A stretch of DNA of 64,000 bases from Gekko japonicus. Taxonomy: Eukaryota. The stretch is from the NCBI RefSeq assembly GCF_001447785.1, contig NW_015170281.1, positions 269,522 through 333,521 of the forward strand, written 5' to 3'. The notes beneath the pieces were generated by a model. That model searched no databases. It was not told the DNA's origin and saw nothing but the letters and a program-made list of their open reading frames with translations. Positions 1 to 12,889 of the stretch are shown in pieces (the stretch's first letter is position 1; every line of letters starts with the position of its first letter). The position numbers and the translations under genes were made by a program.

Positions 1-356
1 GGAGCTGCTCTGGACCTGGGTATGGGGGGGGGCAGGGGCTCCAACAGCGCCTCTGGGCCCGGCTGCAGTATTGGTGGTGTCCAGGAGCTGCTCTGAGCCT
101 GGATGTAGCAGCATCAGCAACTTGGAGGTGCTCTGGACCTGAAGTCAGCTGCAGAGGCCTGGAGATGCACCAGGCTTCATGACAAGGGGGCAGAATTAAG
201 AGGGAGCTGTGCTGGGGCTCAGTGGGCAAGGTGGGGATGGGATTTTCCCCATGAGTCTCATTCACCCCAGCTTGTTCTACTTAATAGTGCCCCTGATTCT
301 CCCTATCCAGGATCTCATCACATGGTTGAAACATGTGCTTGGGCCTTTATCACTTA

Positions 357-445
357 GAGCACAGTCCTAAGAAAAGATATGCCCTTTTAGGTCCACTGAA
401 CTCAGTTGTCTTAGAAGGGTATAACTCTGCTTAGGATCACACTGT
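357..445. mobile_element. ~88-bp palindromic PIF/Harbinger-type (Chompy-like) MITE, degenerate
   Basis: cagtcctaag...cttaggat arms; similar to cleaner copies at 10470 and 11521. Confidence 0.55.
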
Positions 446-799
446 ACCTCTGGGTTTGAGCCATAATCTCATCTCCATGGACCCCTGCATGTCTGGACAG
501 GTTGTATTACCCAGTAACTAACCCATCTATTCACTATCAATCATCTCTGCTTTATTTTGAATATTTAGTGTGCTTGTACTTAGGGAAATACCTTAATAAA
601 AACTATTTAATTTACTCCAAATCTGGAGTTTTTCTACTGTGCTGGACCTTGGTATACAAGTGGTGTGCGATTCCTATACCCCTGTGGCCTTGCCTGCTGC
701 CTAGCTAATTTCCCCAAACAACAAAGCAGGCCACTGGGGGTAACAGTTTCCATGAACTTTCAAGCTGTTTGTGGAGGTTTGTGCTGGTTCATGAATGGA

Positions 800-1178
800 T
801 ACATTTCCAGACAGACTGTCTCCACTCAATCTAAATATTTACCAAACTTCAAAGCAAAAGGAGGGCAGAACTTGGAGAACATGTAGAGGTAGTCATTTCC
901 CCAGAAAACATTTTCCTGGGGGCATCATCTGAGGGACCATAACTTGGACCCCACAAATCTCATTCTCACCAAAGATGGAAGGCAGGTAGAGGAGTCAGCC
1001 AGAGATCCTCTGTGTGTTTGGTATCTTTAGCATGCCGGGGGGGGGGGCTTTTACCATCTCATGAACCTCATGAACTGAACCGGTTCATCTGGCTTCTAAA
1101 CGTTCCTGAGGGTTGATGGTTCACGAACTGGGCACACCACAAACCAAACCATATTTTCCCAGTTCGTGCCAATCCCTA
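800..1178 (+). mobile_element. Right end of a non-autonomous hAT element (TAGGGATGGGCACGAA-type TIR); left boundary approximate
   Basis: Ends gttcgtgccaatcccta; subterminal region resembles 14870-15124, and the TIR is the inverse of 51190. Confidence 0.6.
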
Positions 1179-2330
1179 CTCTAGAGTTTCAGGTCTTTCA
1201 CATCACCTTACTACCTCACATTTTTATCTGGATATTCTAGTGGTTGAATATGGCATCGGTCCATGGTCTGTCCTCTGTGGGCCACAGCCACTCTCCTACA
1301 AAGTTTCCTCCCTGGCTACATCCTTTAAAGAAGGCATGCAAGCTGTCCATGCTTGTTCATGCTTCCAAATCTCTCATGGGAGTCCTTTCTTTTGGGGGTA
1401 GGTCAGAAGGCACTCTGGCTGCTGTGGCAGCCCCTGACAGCTGTCATGTCCCACCCAGAGGCTTTCACTATTGCAGTGGTGCATCAAAATCCAGCCTTAT
1501 CATTGCTTCATAGCCACCAGCCAGGGGCCAGGAAGCCCCAGTCCCTGGACAGAAAGAGAAGTGATTAAGAATAGTTTTACAGGCATTATAAATCTATGCA
1601 TTAGAGGTATTAAATTAATAGCTATTTTAACAGGGTAGACCATACTATCATTATCTCAGGCTTTTGTGGTATCATTCTCTCATTAAACATTCTTGAAGAG
1701 GATTTCACTTGAGTTAGATTCTTTAAATTACTCTGTAATAAATCCATTCTTTTAATGAGTCTATTCCCCCCACCTTTTTAAAGGTATTAATTAAAATTGG
1801 CTGGGGAAGAGATAGATATAGTAAATGGATAAACCAGTGGCCAGGCAAAAGGTTAAGGATTTGCCATCCTTACAGAAGCTCACCTTGGAAGTACCTCATT
1901 AATCGGAAAAACCTTCCCATCTTATATGCACCAACAAGAAGTTCATTACTGAGTGAACCTCTGCTTATTGGGGATTACTATTTCCCTTTTCTAAAAAGAT
2001 GCCTTTATCCTCTGATAACAGAGGTGTACATGCTTTGGGGTATGAGTCTGGCTTAATACCTGAAATAGTCACGGATTTTGTTATTGCAGCAGGATTCCCT
2101 CCCCCCACTGGACAGAGTGAGCATGTAAAATGAAAAGGACACTGGTGATAGCTATAAAGCTGAACTTTCAAAGTGAGGAGAAAAAGAATCTAAAGCAAAT
2201 TTAATTCACAGACTGGGAATGGAAATGTCATTGCCTCACTCAGAGGGTTAATCACTTTCTAATTTAAACTGGCAAATTTTATAATGACACTGTTAAATTA
2301 GCAGCATTTTATTGTGTTAATTATCTACAG

Positions 2331-2397
2331 GACACTACATCATTACTTCTAATAAATGTAAATGAGATTGTCTCTCCTAGGACAATATACAGGCAAG
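2331..2397 (+). CDS. Candidate 67-nt internal coding exon of an unidentified host gene (DTTSLLLINVNEIVSPRTIYRQ)
   Basis: Acceptor ttatctacag, strong donor AAG|gtgagt, open in frame 0, ends in phase 1, non-repetitive AT-rich flanks. Confidence 0.55.
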
Positions 2398-2915
2398 GTG
2401 AGTTTTTATTGGCTAAAACCTATTTACTTGATTCCAGGCAAATCTTGTCTTTCTCTCCCCCAACCCAACCAATAAAATACATTACATGATTTATGGTGCT
2501 ATACTGTCTTATCTGAATTTGATTCTCATAAAGGATAGACATTTTGTAGAAGGTCATTATACACACTCCTTTGCTCATTTTAGCCACTTTTCACACAAGG
2601 CAAAACTTAAAGCATGTTGTATGTTCAGATTTTACAGTCCAAATATATAAATAATTAAATATTCAAGATGGGGTGGTGGTATTTTTTTTTGACACACTTA
2701 AAATAGCGACCATGTTATATACTAGCCATCACAGACAGGAGAGTGTTTCTCTGAGAAACACATCATTCAAAATGCTGGATACTGCAGATTTTAAGCATTG
2801 CAAAGACTGGCATAAAATTCCTATTAAGAGATATTTCATTGGACAAATTAACAATTAATAAAGACATGTGGAAGAGGGGAAAGTTTATTCAGAGGTAGTC
2901 TCCCTTTATACAGTA

Positions 2916-4019
2916 CTAGTAGTAAAGTCCATTGTGAAAGCAATACAATGAGCTCTAGAAAGATGTGATGTGTAACAAATGCATAGGCTGGACGGAGGTA
3001 AAGTAAATATTAGCAGTCTGTAAATGAAAGATACAAATGTGGAAGTAAAGTCTCACACAACGTGGGCCAGAAAATGTTGCACACAGGGGTCTGTGGAGTA
3101 GTGTCAACAACTGGGCAGTCTGCAAAGTCATTTTATGTTGGATGTCCATGTCATTCAAAGTGGTTGTGGTCGCACTGTCCACCCTGTAAGAGCAGAGTTC
3201 TCAAGGGAAGGTGGGTTGAAAGTGAGTGGTCATGATGAAAGTCTCAGTAGGTTATATGGGAATGAGAAGGAGGAATCTTGGGAAATGAGTGTTGTGAAAT
3301 GTTTATAGTTTTGAAAGTTGTCATTTATGGTACAGAAGTGTGGCTGAGGAATGTTTTCCAGCAAAATAGTTTAGGGCTGTATAGTTTCCGGAAAACAGGT
3401 AGGCCGGCCGTGGACCTCCCACACCCCCAGACAGTCCCTACCAGCCCAGGTAGGCCGGCCGGGGGGCTCCAACCCGCCAGACAGGCGCTGCCAGCCCAAG
3501 TAAGCCAGCCGTGGGCCTCCCGCCAGACAGGCCTCCCCCCCTACAGGCCCCACCGGCCCAGATAGGCCAGCCAAAGCCCTCCCCCACAGACAGGCCCTGC
3601 CAGCCCAGGTAGGCTAGCTGCGGCCCTCCCACCCCCGCCAGACAGGCCCTGCTGGCCCAGGTAGGCCAGCCGTGGGCCTCCCACCCACCCAGACAGGCCC
3701 TGCCGGCTCACCTCAGAATCCAGCTGGGGAGGGAATGGGCCCTACCTGCTGCAAGGCTCTTCTGAGTGCTGAAGAATGGTTGGCAGGCAAATGGCCACGG
3801 CTGCTCCTCTGCTGATCTTCTCCTGATGGCTGAAGAAGGCTGGTCAGGCAAATGGCTGCTGGGCTGCTGAGATGAATTGTTTGGATTGGAGTTTCAGTGG
3901 GAGCTGGCTCTGTGGGCAGGACTCAGGCAAACCTTCTGATTGGCAGTTCAGACAGCCAACTGATTTTGGCAAGCATAGAATATTGCCATGCGAAAACATG
4001 TTTATATATAAGGACAAGA
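2916..4019 (-). mobile_element. Non-autonomous Helitron-like element
   Basis: Minus-strand 3' end is a hairpin (cattgtattgctttcacaatg) about 10 nt before CTAG|T; candidate 5' end TC..TTATATATAAA at 4014-4019; the same 3' terminus recurs at 57313. Confidence 0.65.
3396..3708. repeat. GC-rich minisatellite, ~6 units of ~50 bp, inside the Helitron-like element
   Basis: Repeats of caggtaggccagccgtgggcctccc...cagacaggccctgccagcc. Confidence 0.85.
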
Positions 4020-4637
4020 TTTGAAGCAAAGTAATCTGACTGACAACATTAAGACAGAGTCTTTGAATATATGTAGTTTTTTGTTTTTGTTTGGAGTCTA
4101 ATGTCTATAAGCTCCATCCTTCAGAATGGAAGCCTAGCCCTTTTCCAATGCATATCAGAGATACTCTGATTTATCCAATAAATATGCTGGTTTTAGGATG
4201 GGGTTATTGCTAGCAATTTTTATTTGCTATTGTTAATGATTTTTGATGCATAGATATATATTTGATTATTAAATATGTGATTATAAAATTTATGTTAACT
4301 AAGTTAGGTGGAGGTGCATCCCTTTCCCTTGTATGTTTATATAAAATTATTACATAAAAAGAGAGACCTATTATTCTGATTATTCATATAATACTGTTCC
4401 ATGGTGATATTATTCATGTTGGATAAGCAGTTCTGCCTACAGAATTATCAAATGGTGTAAGAAGACATCACAGCTAAAAATCAATTCATCTTTAACATGG
4501 ATACTTAAATATATTTTAAAAACCTTATTACCTACTTCTTGGGATTGCAGTTTGGTTATAAATTGTGGTCTGTATCCTTGAACATTTGGAAAAAGTTCAT
4601 TTTTTCCAAATGTCAAAGTTCTGTTCTAGATCCATCC

Positions 4638-5340
4638 TAGAACTAACACCAAATAAAAATGTCCTTATTATCATAGGGGACTGGAATGCTGAAGTAGGAA
4701 GTCAAAAGGTAGCTGGAATAATGGACAAGTTTGGCCTTGGAGAACAAAATAAAGCTGGGCAAAGGCTAACAGAGTTTTGTCAAGAGAACATGCTGGGCAT
4801 AGCAAATACCTTCTTCCAACAACCTAAGAGGTGACTCTACACATGGACAGCACCAGATGGGCAACACCAAAATCAGATTGATTATATCATTTGCAGTCAA
4901 AGATGGAGAAGCTCTATACAGGCAGTAAAAAACAAGACCTGGAGCTAACTGTGGCTCAGATCATGAGCTACTCATAGCAAAAATCAGGCTTAAACTGAAG
5001 AACATTGGGGAAATTACTAGGCAATTCAGGTTTGACCTAGATTACATCCCTTATGAATATACAATGGAAGTGAAGAATAGGTTTAAGGGACTAGATTTGA
5101 TAGATAGAGTGCCTGAAGAACTATGGACAGAGGTTCATGACATTGTACAGGAGGCAGCAATCACCACCATCCCCCAAAAAAAGAAATGCAAGAAAGCTGT
5201 CTGATGAGGCTTTACAAATAGCAGAGGAGTGAAGGAAAGGAAAAGGCAAAGGTGAAAAGGAAAGATTTACCCAACTGAATGCAGATTTCCAGAGAACAGC
5301 AAGAAGAGATAAGGAGGCTTTCCTGAATGAACAATGCAAA
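4638..5340 (+). mobile_element. RTE-BovB LINE fragment (APE endonuclease C-terminus plus linker), with stops and frameshifts
   Basis: IIIGDWNA, EFCQEN and NTFFQQPKR motifs; highly similar to 6550-7260. Confidence 0.93.
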
Positions 5341-5904
5341 ATCAGGATACTTATTTTCTGGGAACAACTTAAAGAGAAATTGGTAGAAGCGCTGGTAGGA
5401 ACACTTCAACAAACATTTGAAAAAATCCTGGGATGTTACGACGATGAGCAGAACAGCTTACTGGAAGCTGCCACGGAGCAGGAAGACATTCAACAACAAC
5501 AGACATCATTTAAAGAATGGGACCTCAAACAAGACGCTTTTCCTGATGAACTGACTATTTCAACTAGAGAGATAACAAGCAGTCACACAGACCAAATAAA
5601 CAGTGTAACAGAAAGCTTGCCAAGTTTTTCAAGTTCCAGACGTGGCAAAGGGGAACACAACCTAGTCAGAAGATAAAATAGAATTAATGGTTTTTTTAAT
5701 TGATTTGAGAATTAAATATAGAGGGGGAAAGATACGAGAAAATGATTCCACTTTTAAAGGGAAAAGGCATAAGATCATGATAGTCTTAAAAATGTACAGA
5801 GAAAGCAGAAAAAGTTTAAATATTATAAGTAAAATTTATTAGTAATGAATATGTAATTGTGTGTAATTGACCCTGATCTATGTCCATTGATTAAATTGAT
5901 CTCA

Positions 5905-8220
5905 GACCAAGTGTCATCCACTGGAGAAGGAAATGGCAACCCACTCCAGTATCTTTGCTAAGAAAACCCCATGGACAGTATCAAAAGGCTAAAAGATATG
6001 ACATCGGAAGATGAGCCTCTCAGGTTGGAAGGTGTCCGATATGCTACTGGGGAAGAGCAGAGGGCAAGTACAAGTAACCCCAGAAAGAGTGAAGCAGCTG
6101 GGCCAAAGCCAAAAGGACGCTCAGTTGTGGATGTGTCTGACGGTGAAAGGAAGGTCCGATGCTGCACAGAACAGTACTGCATAGGAACCTGGAATGTAAG
6201 ATCTATGAATCAAGGTAAGCTTGACATGGTCAAAAATGAGATGGCAAGACTGAACATCGATATCTTAGGAATCAGTGAATTTAAGTGGACAGGAATGGGC
6301 GAATTTAACTCAGAAGACCATTATATCTACTACTGTGGCCAGGAATCTCGTAGAAAAAAATGGTGTGGACTTTATAGTCAACAAGAGAGTGCAGGGGTCA
6401 GTACTGGGATACAATCTCAAAAATGACAGAATGATTTCAGTCCGATTCCAAGGCAAACCATTCAACATCACAGTAATCCAAGTCTATGCCCCAACCACTG
6501 ATGCAGAAGAGGCTGAAGTGGACCGGTTCTATGAAGACCTACAACACCTCATAGAACTAACACCAAAAAATGATGTCCTCATCATCATAGGGGACTGGAA
6601 TGCTAAAGTAGGAAGTCAAAAGGTAACCGGAATAACAGACAAGTTTGGCCTTGGAAAGCAAAATGAAGCAGGGCAAAGGTTAACAGAGTTTTGTCAAGAG
6701 AACACACTGGTCATAGCGAACACCCTTTTCCAACAACCTAAGAGACGACTCTACACATGGACATCACCAGATGGGCAACACCGAAATCAGATTGACTATA
6801 TAATTTGCAGTCAAAGATGGAGAAGCTCTATCCAGTCAGTAAAAACAAGACCTGGAGCTGACTGTGGTTCAGATCATGAGCTACTCATTGCAAAATTCAG
6901 ACTTAAACTGAAGAAAATTGGGAAAACCACGAGGCCATTCAGGTTTGACCTAGATCGCATCCCTGATGAATATACAGTAGAGGTGAAGAATAGATTCAAG
7001 GGTCTGGATTTGATAGATAGAGTGCCTGAAGAACTATGGACAGAGGTTCGTGACATCGTACAGGAGGCAGCAATCACCACCATCCCAAAGAAAAAGAAAT
7101 GTAAGAAAGCAAAGTGGCTTTCTGATGAGGCTTTACAAATAGCAGAGGAAAGAAGGAAAGCGAAAGGCAAAGGCGAAAAGGAAAGATTTACCCAACTGAA
7201 CGCAGATTTCCAGAGAACAGCAAGGAGAGATAAGGAGGCCTTCCTGAATGAACAATGCAAAGTAATAGAGGAAAACAATAGAATGGGAAGGACTAGAGAT
7301 CTCTTCAAGAAAATTGAAGAAATCAAGGGAGTGTTCCATGTAAAGCTGGCCATGATAAAGGACAAAAATGGTAGGGACCTAATAGAAGCAGAAGAGATTA
7401 GGAAAAGATGGCAAGAATACACAGAAGAACTATACAAGAAAGACCTCGATGTCCTTGACAGCCACGACAGTATAATCACTGACCTCGAGCCAGACATCCT
7501 GGAATGTGAAGTTAAATGGGCCTTAGAAAGCATTACTAACAACAAAGCTAGTGGAGGGGATGGTATTCCAGCTGAGCTATTCAAAGTCTTAGAAGATGAT
7601 GCTGTTAAAGTGCTGCACTCAATTTGCAGCAAATTTGGAAAACGCAACAGTGGCCACAGGATTGGAAAAGGTCAGGATACATTGCAATGCTCCTTGGGAA
7701 GAAAGTGATGGCGAACCTCTAAACAGCATGATAAAAAGTAGAGACATCACCCTGCCAACAAAAGTCTGCATGGTCAAAGCAATGGTATTCCCAGTAGTCA
7801 TGTATGGCTGTGAGAGTTGGACTATAAGGAAGGCCGAGCGCTGAAGAATAGATTCTTTTGAACTATGGTGCTGGAGAAGACTCTTGAGAATCCCTCGGAC
7901 TGCAAAAAGATCAAACCAGTCAATCCTAAAAGAAATCAACCCTGACTGTTCCCTGGAAGGCCAGATAATGAAACTGAAGCTCAAATACTTTGGCCACCAA
8001 ATGAGAAGGGAGCACTCACTGGAGAAGACCCTGATACTGGGATAGATTGAAGGCAAAAAAAGAAAGGGACAGCAAAGGATGAGATGGTTAGACAGTGTTA
8101 TCAATGCAATGAACATGAAATTAAGCAAAGTCCGGAGGATGACAGAAGACAGGAGGGTCTGGTCCATGGGGTCATGAGGAGTCGGACTTGACTGTGCAAC
8201 TGAACAACAACAACAACAAA
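5905..8220 (+). mobile_element. RTE-BovB LINE with 5' region, endonuclease and 3' end; RT core deleted near 7675-7700; (CAA)n tail
   Basis: IGTWNVRSM, QVYAPT, GDWNAKVG, QIDYI and SDHELL motifs; jumps from just upstream of the RT core to KSRDITLPTKV..YGCESWT; A-run frameshift near 6355; tail tgaacaacaacaacaac. Confidence 0.96.
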
Positions 8221-8423
8221 AGTTCTGTAAACTGGATTGTAAATACTTAGTGCATGCATGGCCTGACAGTACTTTGCTGCACCCCTATACACCCATTTGT
8301 CCAAAGAACCAAAAGATTTTTTTTTCTGAAGAAAACCATTTTCTTTCCAAAGGTAAAGAAATCAATTTACAAGACATGTTGTCTCTCAATTAAGCATGAG
8401 CCCCACACAGCCAATGATATTTA

Positions 8424-8447
8424 AACACACACACACACACACACACA
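8424..8447. repeat. (CA)n microsatellite
   Basis: Direct. Confidence 0.9.
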
Positions 8448-8454
8448 TATTAGC

Positions 8455-8593
8455 AGGGAAAGTGGCATGGTACAGTCCAATCTCATCAGATCTCAAAAGC
8501 TAAACAGGGTTGGTACTTGGAAGGGAGACCTCCAAGAAAGACTCTGCAGAGGAAGTCACTGGCAAACCATCTCTGCTTCTCACTTGCCTTGAA
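8455..8593 (+). mobile_element. 5S rRNA-derived SINE (5S-Sauria-like)
   Basis: ccaatctcatcagatctc..aagctaa.cagggt..gtacttgga.gggagacc (5S-like) followed by a BovB-like ggcaaacca.ctctg..cttgccttgaaa. Confidence 0.75.
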
Positions 8594-10469
8594 ATCACAG
8601 GAATCTTTGGTTCCCAATCAATGCTGTCCCAGTATATATAAAATTGACAAGATTTTCTTCATGTAAATTTCAGGCTCAGTCAATTTCAAGTTCCTCCTTT
8701 GGAAGATGAGTTTCCATTCAAACTATCACACTGGGGTGACTTTATGTACTGATAATAAAATTGAGTGGAAAGCTTTAGTGCCTAGGTGTGCATTATATTT
8801 TTCACAGGTCCACAACAGGCACAGATAGATACAGCTCACAGCACACACAGAGAAGGGGCTTCAGCCCCCCTCCATTGTTTTTATGACCTGAAAACAGGCA
8901 TGGGGTGTTATTTCCCCCTTCGGGGCTCCACATATCCTGATCAGGTACCCCTACATTTCTCCAATGGGGCAATGGCCCCTCTGGGGTAAGTTCAAGTCCT
9001 GAAATAACATGGTGTGATGCCAAGATGGTGCAGGGCACCCAGGATGGCTGAGGACACCTAAGAAGATGGGCTTATCAGCAAGAGGGCTGGAAAGACAAAG
9101 AGGACAGTGGTCACAGCAATCAGTGTGCTGGGATTGTCCAGGAGTCCCAATGGCTGGGTGAGGGTGGCTGGTGTACACAGTAGTGGTGTGCAGGGATGGG
9201 ATACCCTTAGGGAGGAGGTCAGGGAGGCATGTTCACAAACACGGTGGGTGTCCCTGGTCCTTAGGTCAGGATCTTTTGAAAGTGGTCCTATGCAGTTGGA
9301 TGGCCCTAAACTGAAAGGGGGGAGAGAGAGCAGAGAGTGGTGTTAACTACCCTAGTGGCAGAGTGCAAGAACTCAGCAATGATTGGACACTCTCATTGCA
9401 GAGCGTATAACGCTCAACAGATATTAAAGCTGGGATTTTTGACCAATGCTTGTGAGTCTTGTCTTTGAGGGGGAGGATGGAAACCTGGCCAACACCTAAC
9501 CTGTTACCAGCATTGTCCCTGCAAGTCCCACACCCAACTGCCGTCACACAGCTTGTATCTCACCATGGTCCTGTCCAAATTTGAGCCTCTGCATGCCTTG
9601 AATTAAGTTCCCAGCATGACACTCTAAATACATACATGATCGCAAAGGATGAAGAGGATCCAGGGGAAATGTAGCATGTAATTAGGGCCTTAGTCATTTT
9701 TACTTTCCATATGGGCATTGGATGGCAACAGTGCTCCCCGACCAGGTACTCGAAATGACCGAGGGTTTGTTAGCTGCAGAGATGTGTGCCTTTGAGAAGT
9801 GTAGAACAAAAAGGTCCTGGCTCTAGAGAACAATAGAAGATGAGAAGATAGAGGAATGTCACCAACTGTGCAAGTGCAAAAGCAGCACATACAACTTAGC
9901 TGCTTTTCAGAGATAACCTAAGATGGGCCTAGAACATCAGAATAATGCTGCTGCAAAACCACTCACCTGGTTAAATACTGCCACAGTGCAGATGCAAACC
10001 TGTTCACAATCTTGTTTGTTTCAAATTGTCAACTAATCTATGAAGTGAACAAGAGAGGGTCAGCTCAACAAAAATGAGCATTTAGAACACTGTAATTTCA
10101 AATGTCAATTACATGTTTGCAGTGTTTGCAACATCCCTAAAAATGTACCAAAGTTTACCTCCTTATACCTGGAGAAATAGGACTCTGGGGTAGAGGTGAA
10201 AGGGTTGGAAAAGTCAGGGTCTGTTTCCTCTTCCAATGACATTAGGCAGCAGAGCTGAAATTTAATTTTAGAAAACATGAAGCCAGTCAAAATTAGATTT
10301 GGATTTTGAATTTGTATCTCACAGAATACAGATGAAACTCAAATATAATTGATTTGGTGTTGGCCTTTTGAATGGTGGTATGCATTAGAAATGTCACAGA
10401 CTATTTCCTAAAGAGGATAGGAAAGACTGCTAAATCCATATCTGGTCAAGTTGGCTTTTGTGTGATTTG

Positions 10470-10556
10470 CAATGCAATCCTAAACAGAGTTAAAGTTTTC
10501 TAAGACTATTGACTTCAGTGGATGTAGAAGGGCAAACTCTGCTCAGGATTGCACTG
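10470..10556. mobile_element. 87-bp palindromic Harbinger-type MITE, TSD TTG
   Basis: tgcaatcct..cagagtt / aactctg...aggattgca arms; attgacttcagtgg core; ttg on both sides. Confidence 0.75.
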
Positions 10557-11520
10557 TTGGCCTTGAAATTCCTCCAGTGCGGCTGGTCCAGATTTTACAG
10601 CATAAACTAGTGAGACCTGGACTCTCTTTGAATGGATTCTGTCAGCCTGTTAAAATTATACCGATGCTCTGGTGATAATCAACTTATGTGCAAGACCTTT
10701 TCCCACTGTTATTATGACAATATCTTCTTGTGGCAAGTGACACATGATCTGGCTACCATGGAATAAGTAATTGCAATCAGTCATCATGTGAAAAGGTTGC
10801 TTGAACCTACTCTGAGGAGCATTCTTTCATGCTTTGAAATTGTGTTAGCCTCCAGTCTTGTTTCATGCCATTATTGAAGTCAGCTCTTAAATAACTGGCT
10901 TCAGGATCTTGAAGTGAAGGATTGGGAAATGGATGTGAGGGGGATCGGCTTCAGCATTCTGCAAGCAGGACGGCAAAAGAAGCAAAAGTGACCATGTTGA
11001 TGGGTGGCTGGGGATCTGAGACTATTTGGATTACAAATTAAAACAACAGCCTGAAATCAAATGGTCTTTTCTTAATTGTTACTAACAGGATTATTTCTAC
11101 TTAATTCTGTGTTCCTGAAGAACAAGATTAAAAAGCCTCCGCTGATTCTTTTGTATGGTGAACTGAGCCACAATGCAAAAACAGAATTTTCAATCTAACA
11201 AGAGAATGTTTAAGATCTCTGGATTCAGAGCAAAGTGATATTCCCTAAGGAAGGGCCCAATGCTGATATTTATTTTATTATTTCTTTTCATTGCTGTTTT
11301 GTATCTCCTTCTGCTTTAAATGTAAAAATGACAACTGAAATCTGGCCATCCTTTACAATATACATTTTATCTGATTGGCTGTGCTCTATAGTGCTTTTTG
11401 GCTACACCACACAATCTGACTTCAATCTGACTTCTCCCAAGACAAAGCCTTTTGATGTCTGTGTAGTGACTATTTTTTGCTTAACAGTTCACATCCGCTT
11501 CCAGCAGTGTATTTATCCAA

Positions 11521-11608
11521 CAGTGCAATCCTAAACTGAGTTACACCCTTCTTATGCCATTAATGTCATTGAATTTAAAAGATTGTAACTCTGTTTAGGA
11601 TTGCACTG
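11521..11608. mobile_element. 88-bp palindromic Harbinger-type MITE, TSD CAA
   Basis: cagtgcaatcctaaactgagttaca / tgtaactctgtttaggattgcactg; caa flanks. Confidence 0.8.
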
Positions 11609-12889
11609 CAAGGGTTTTAACCAACTAAGCCATACCATTCTACTTAATGCCTTCTGAATAGCATCCAGGTTGGACTGATTCTATGCACCAGAAGATGCTT
11701 GTCCCACATTCTCTCTTAGATATGCTGGTTTATTAATCCTCTGGGTCACTTCCCTAATTGCTCTGAGTAGTCAGCAACCTCTTTTATTGAGAAACAAATT
11801 AAGCACTTCCCACATTCTGTCTCTACAAAAACTAAACTGAATTCCCTTGATTTTTTTTTTCTGATTGCATACATCTGGTGTGATCCCAAACCTACTCCAG
11901 GAATGTACAATGGCACACTGCTGAGACACTACACCAGATGTTAGCTCTTTCATCCACTAACACATTAATTCTGCAAAGCATTTACCCATGTTTGGAACTT
12001 TAATCACCTGAATTGTTCCAGTGAAACAACTCAGGCGATTTTTCTCTGTCTTTTACTGTTCCTTTTGGAATGGAAGAATAAGATCCTCATAGCTGCGACA
12101 TCAACTCTGTTTTTCTTTCATGGAACAATTATTATTAATGCTAATGATTAATGATTATATGGCCTTTGGTGGACCCAAGAATCCACCAGGGACTGCTTTC
12201 AAAACTATATTTCCAGTTCAAAATGTAAACACTTTATCTATTAACAGAGTATACATATTAGTCCTTGCTTTCATTTTATTCACTCCTTGCTCCCACTATT
12301 GAGCATTGACCAGAGGGCAGGGTTTCTGCTACCAAAAGCTTGTGGATACTTTTGGAAGGACTGTGTCCCAGCTCTGCTTTTTTCCTCATTCAGGACCTTG
12401 GACAGTGGTTTGTATATGGTCAGGAGGAGATGGAAAGGAAAGAAAACACATCCTAGGATGGAAAAGTAACCCTTCTTTGTTTACAGTAACTGCACTGAGG
12501 GGTTCTTTGAGAATGTGCAGGGTTCAAAAAGAAATTGTAGCAACAAATTATTCCAAGTAAAAGGGGGGGATGGAGGGGGGGAGAGCACCCATTGAGCCAA
12601 CTAAGACCCAGAGAAAATTGACAAAGCCACAAAGAAAATAAAAACATAAACACATCAGTTAGCTTAATACCTTGCATGGGTGCTATCCACTGAAGATCAG
12701 TTGTCTTCCCCATTCCACCTCTTTGCAAAGTTCAGAATAGCACAGGAGTAAACCAGACTGAATGGGACAAGACAAGACAAAGCCCACAGATGTGTCTCCT
12801 TTTTATAGATTATTTGGAACCGGGCATCTAGCCATCCCATTGACTTAATTTCCAAGAGCAAACTGAGGGATCTCCCCCCTCATATATTC

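Noticed and set aside
6874-8167. 257-aa and 182-aa minus-strand ORFs
   Set aside because: Antisense shadows of the BovB ORF.
8455-8540. 5S rRNA gene (also the weak match near 51590-51640)
   Set aside because: Partial and diverged, and fused to a SINE body.
9560-9770. Minus-strand open stretch with W....TKALI resembling a Myb/SANT-like start
   Set aside because: Too short and weak; the rest of the domain is not recognisable.
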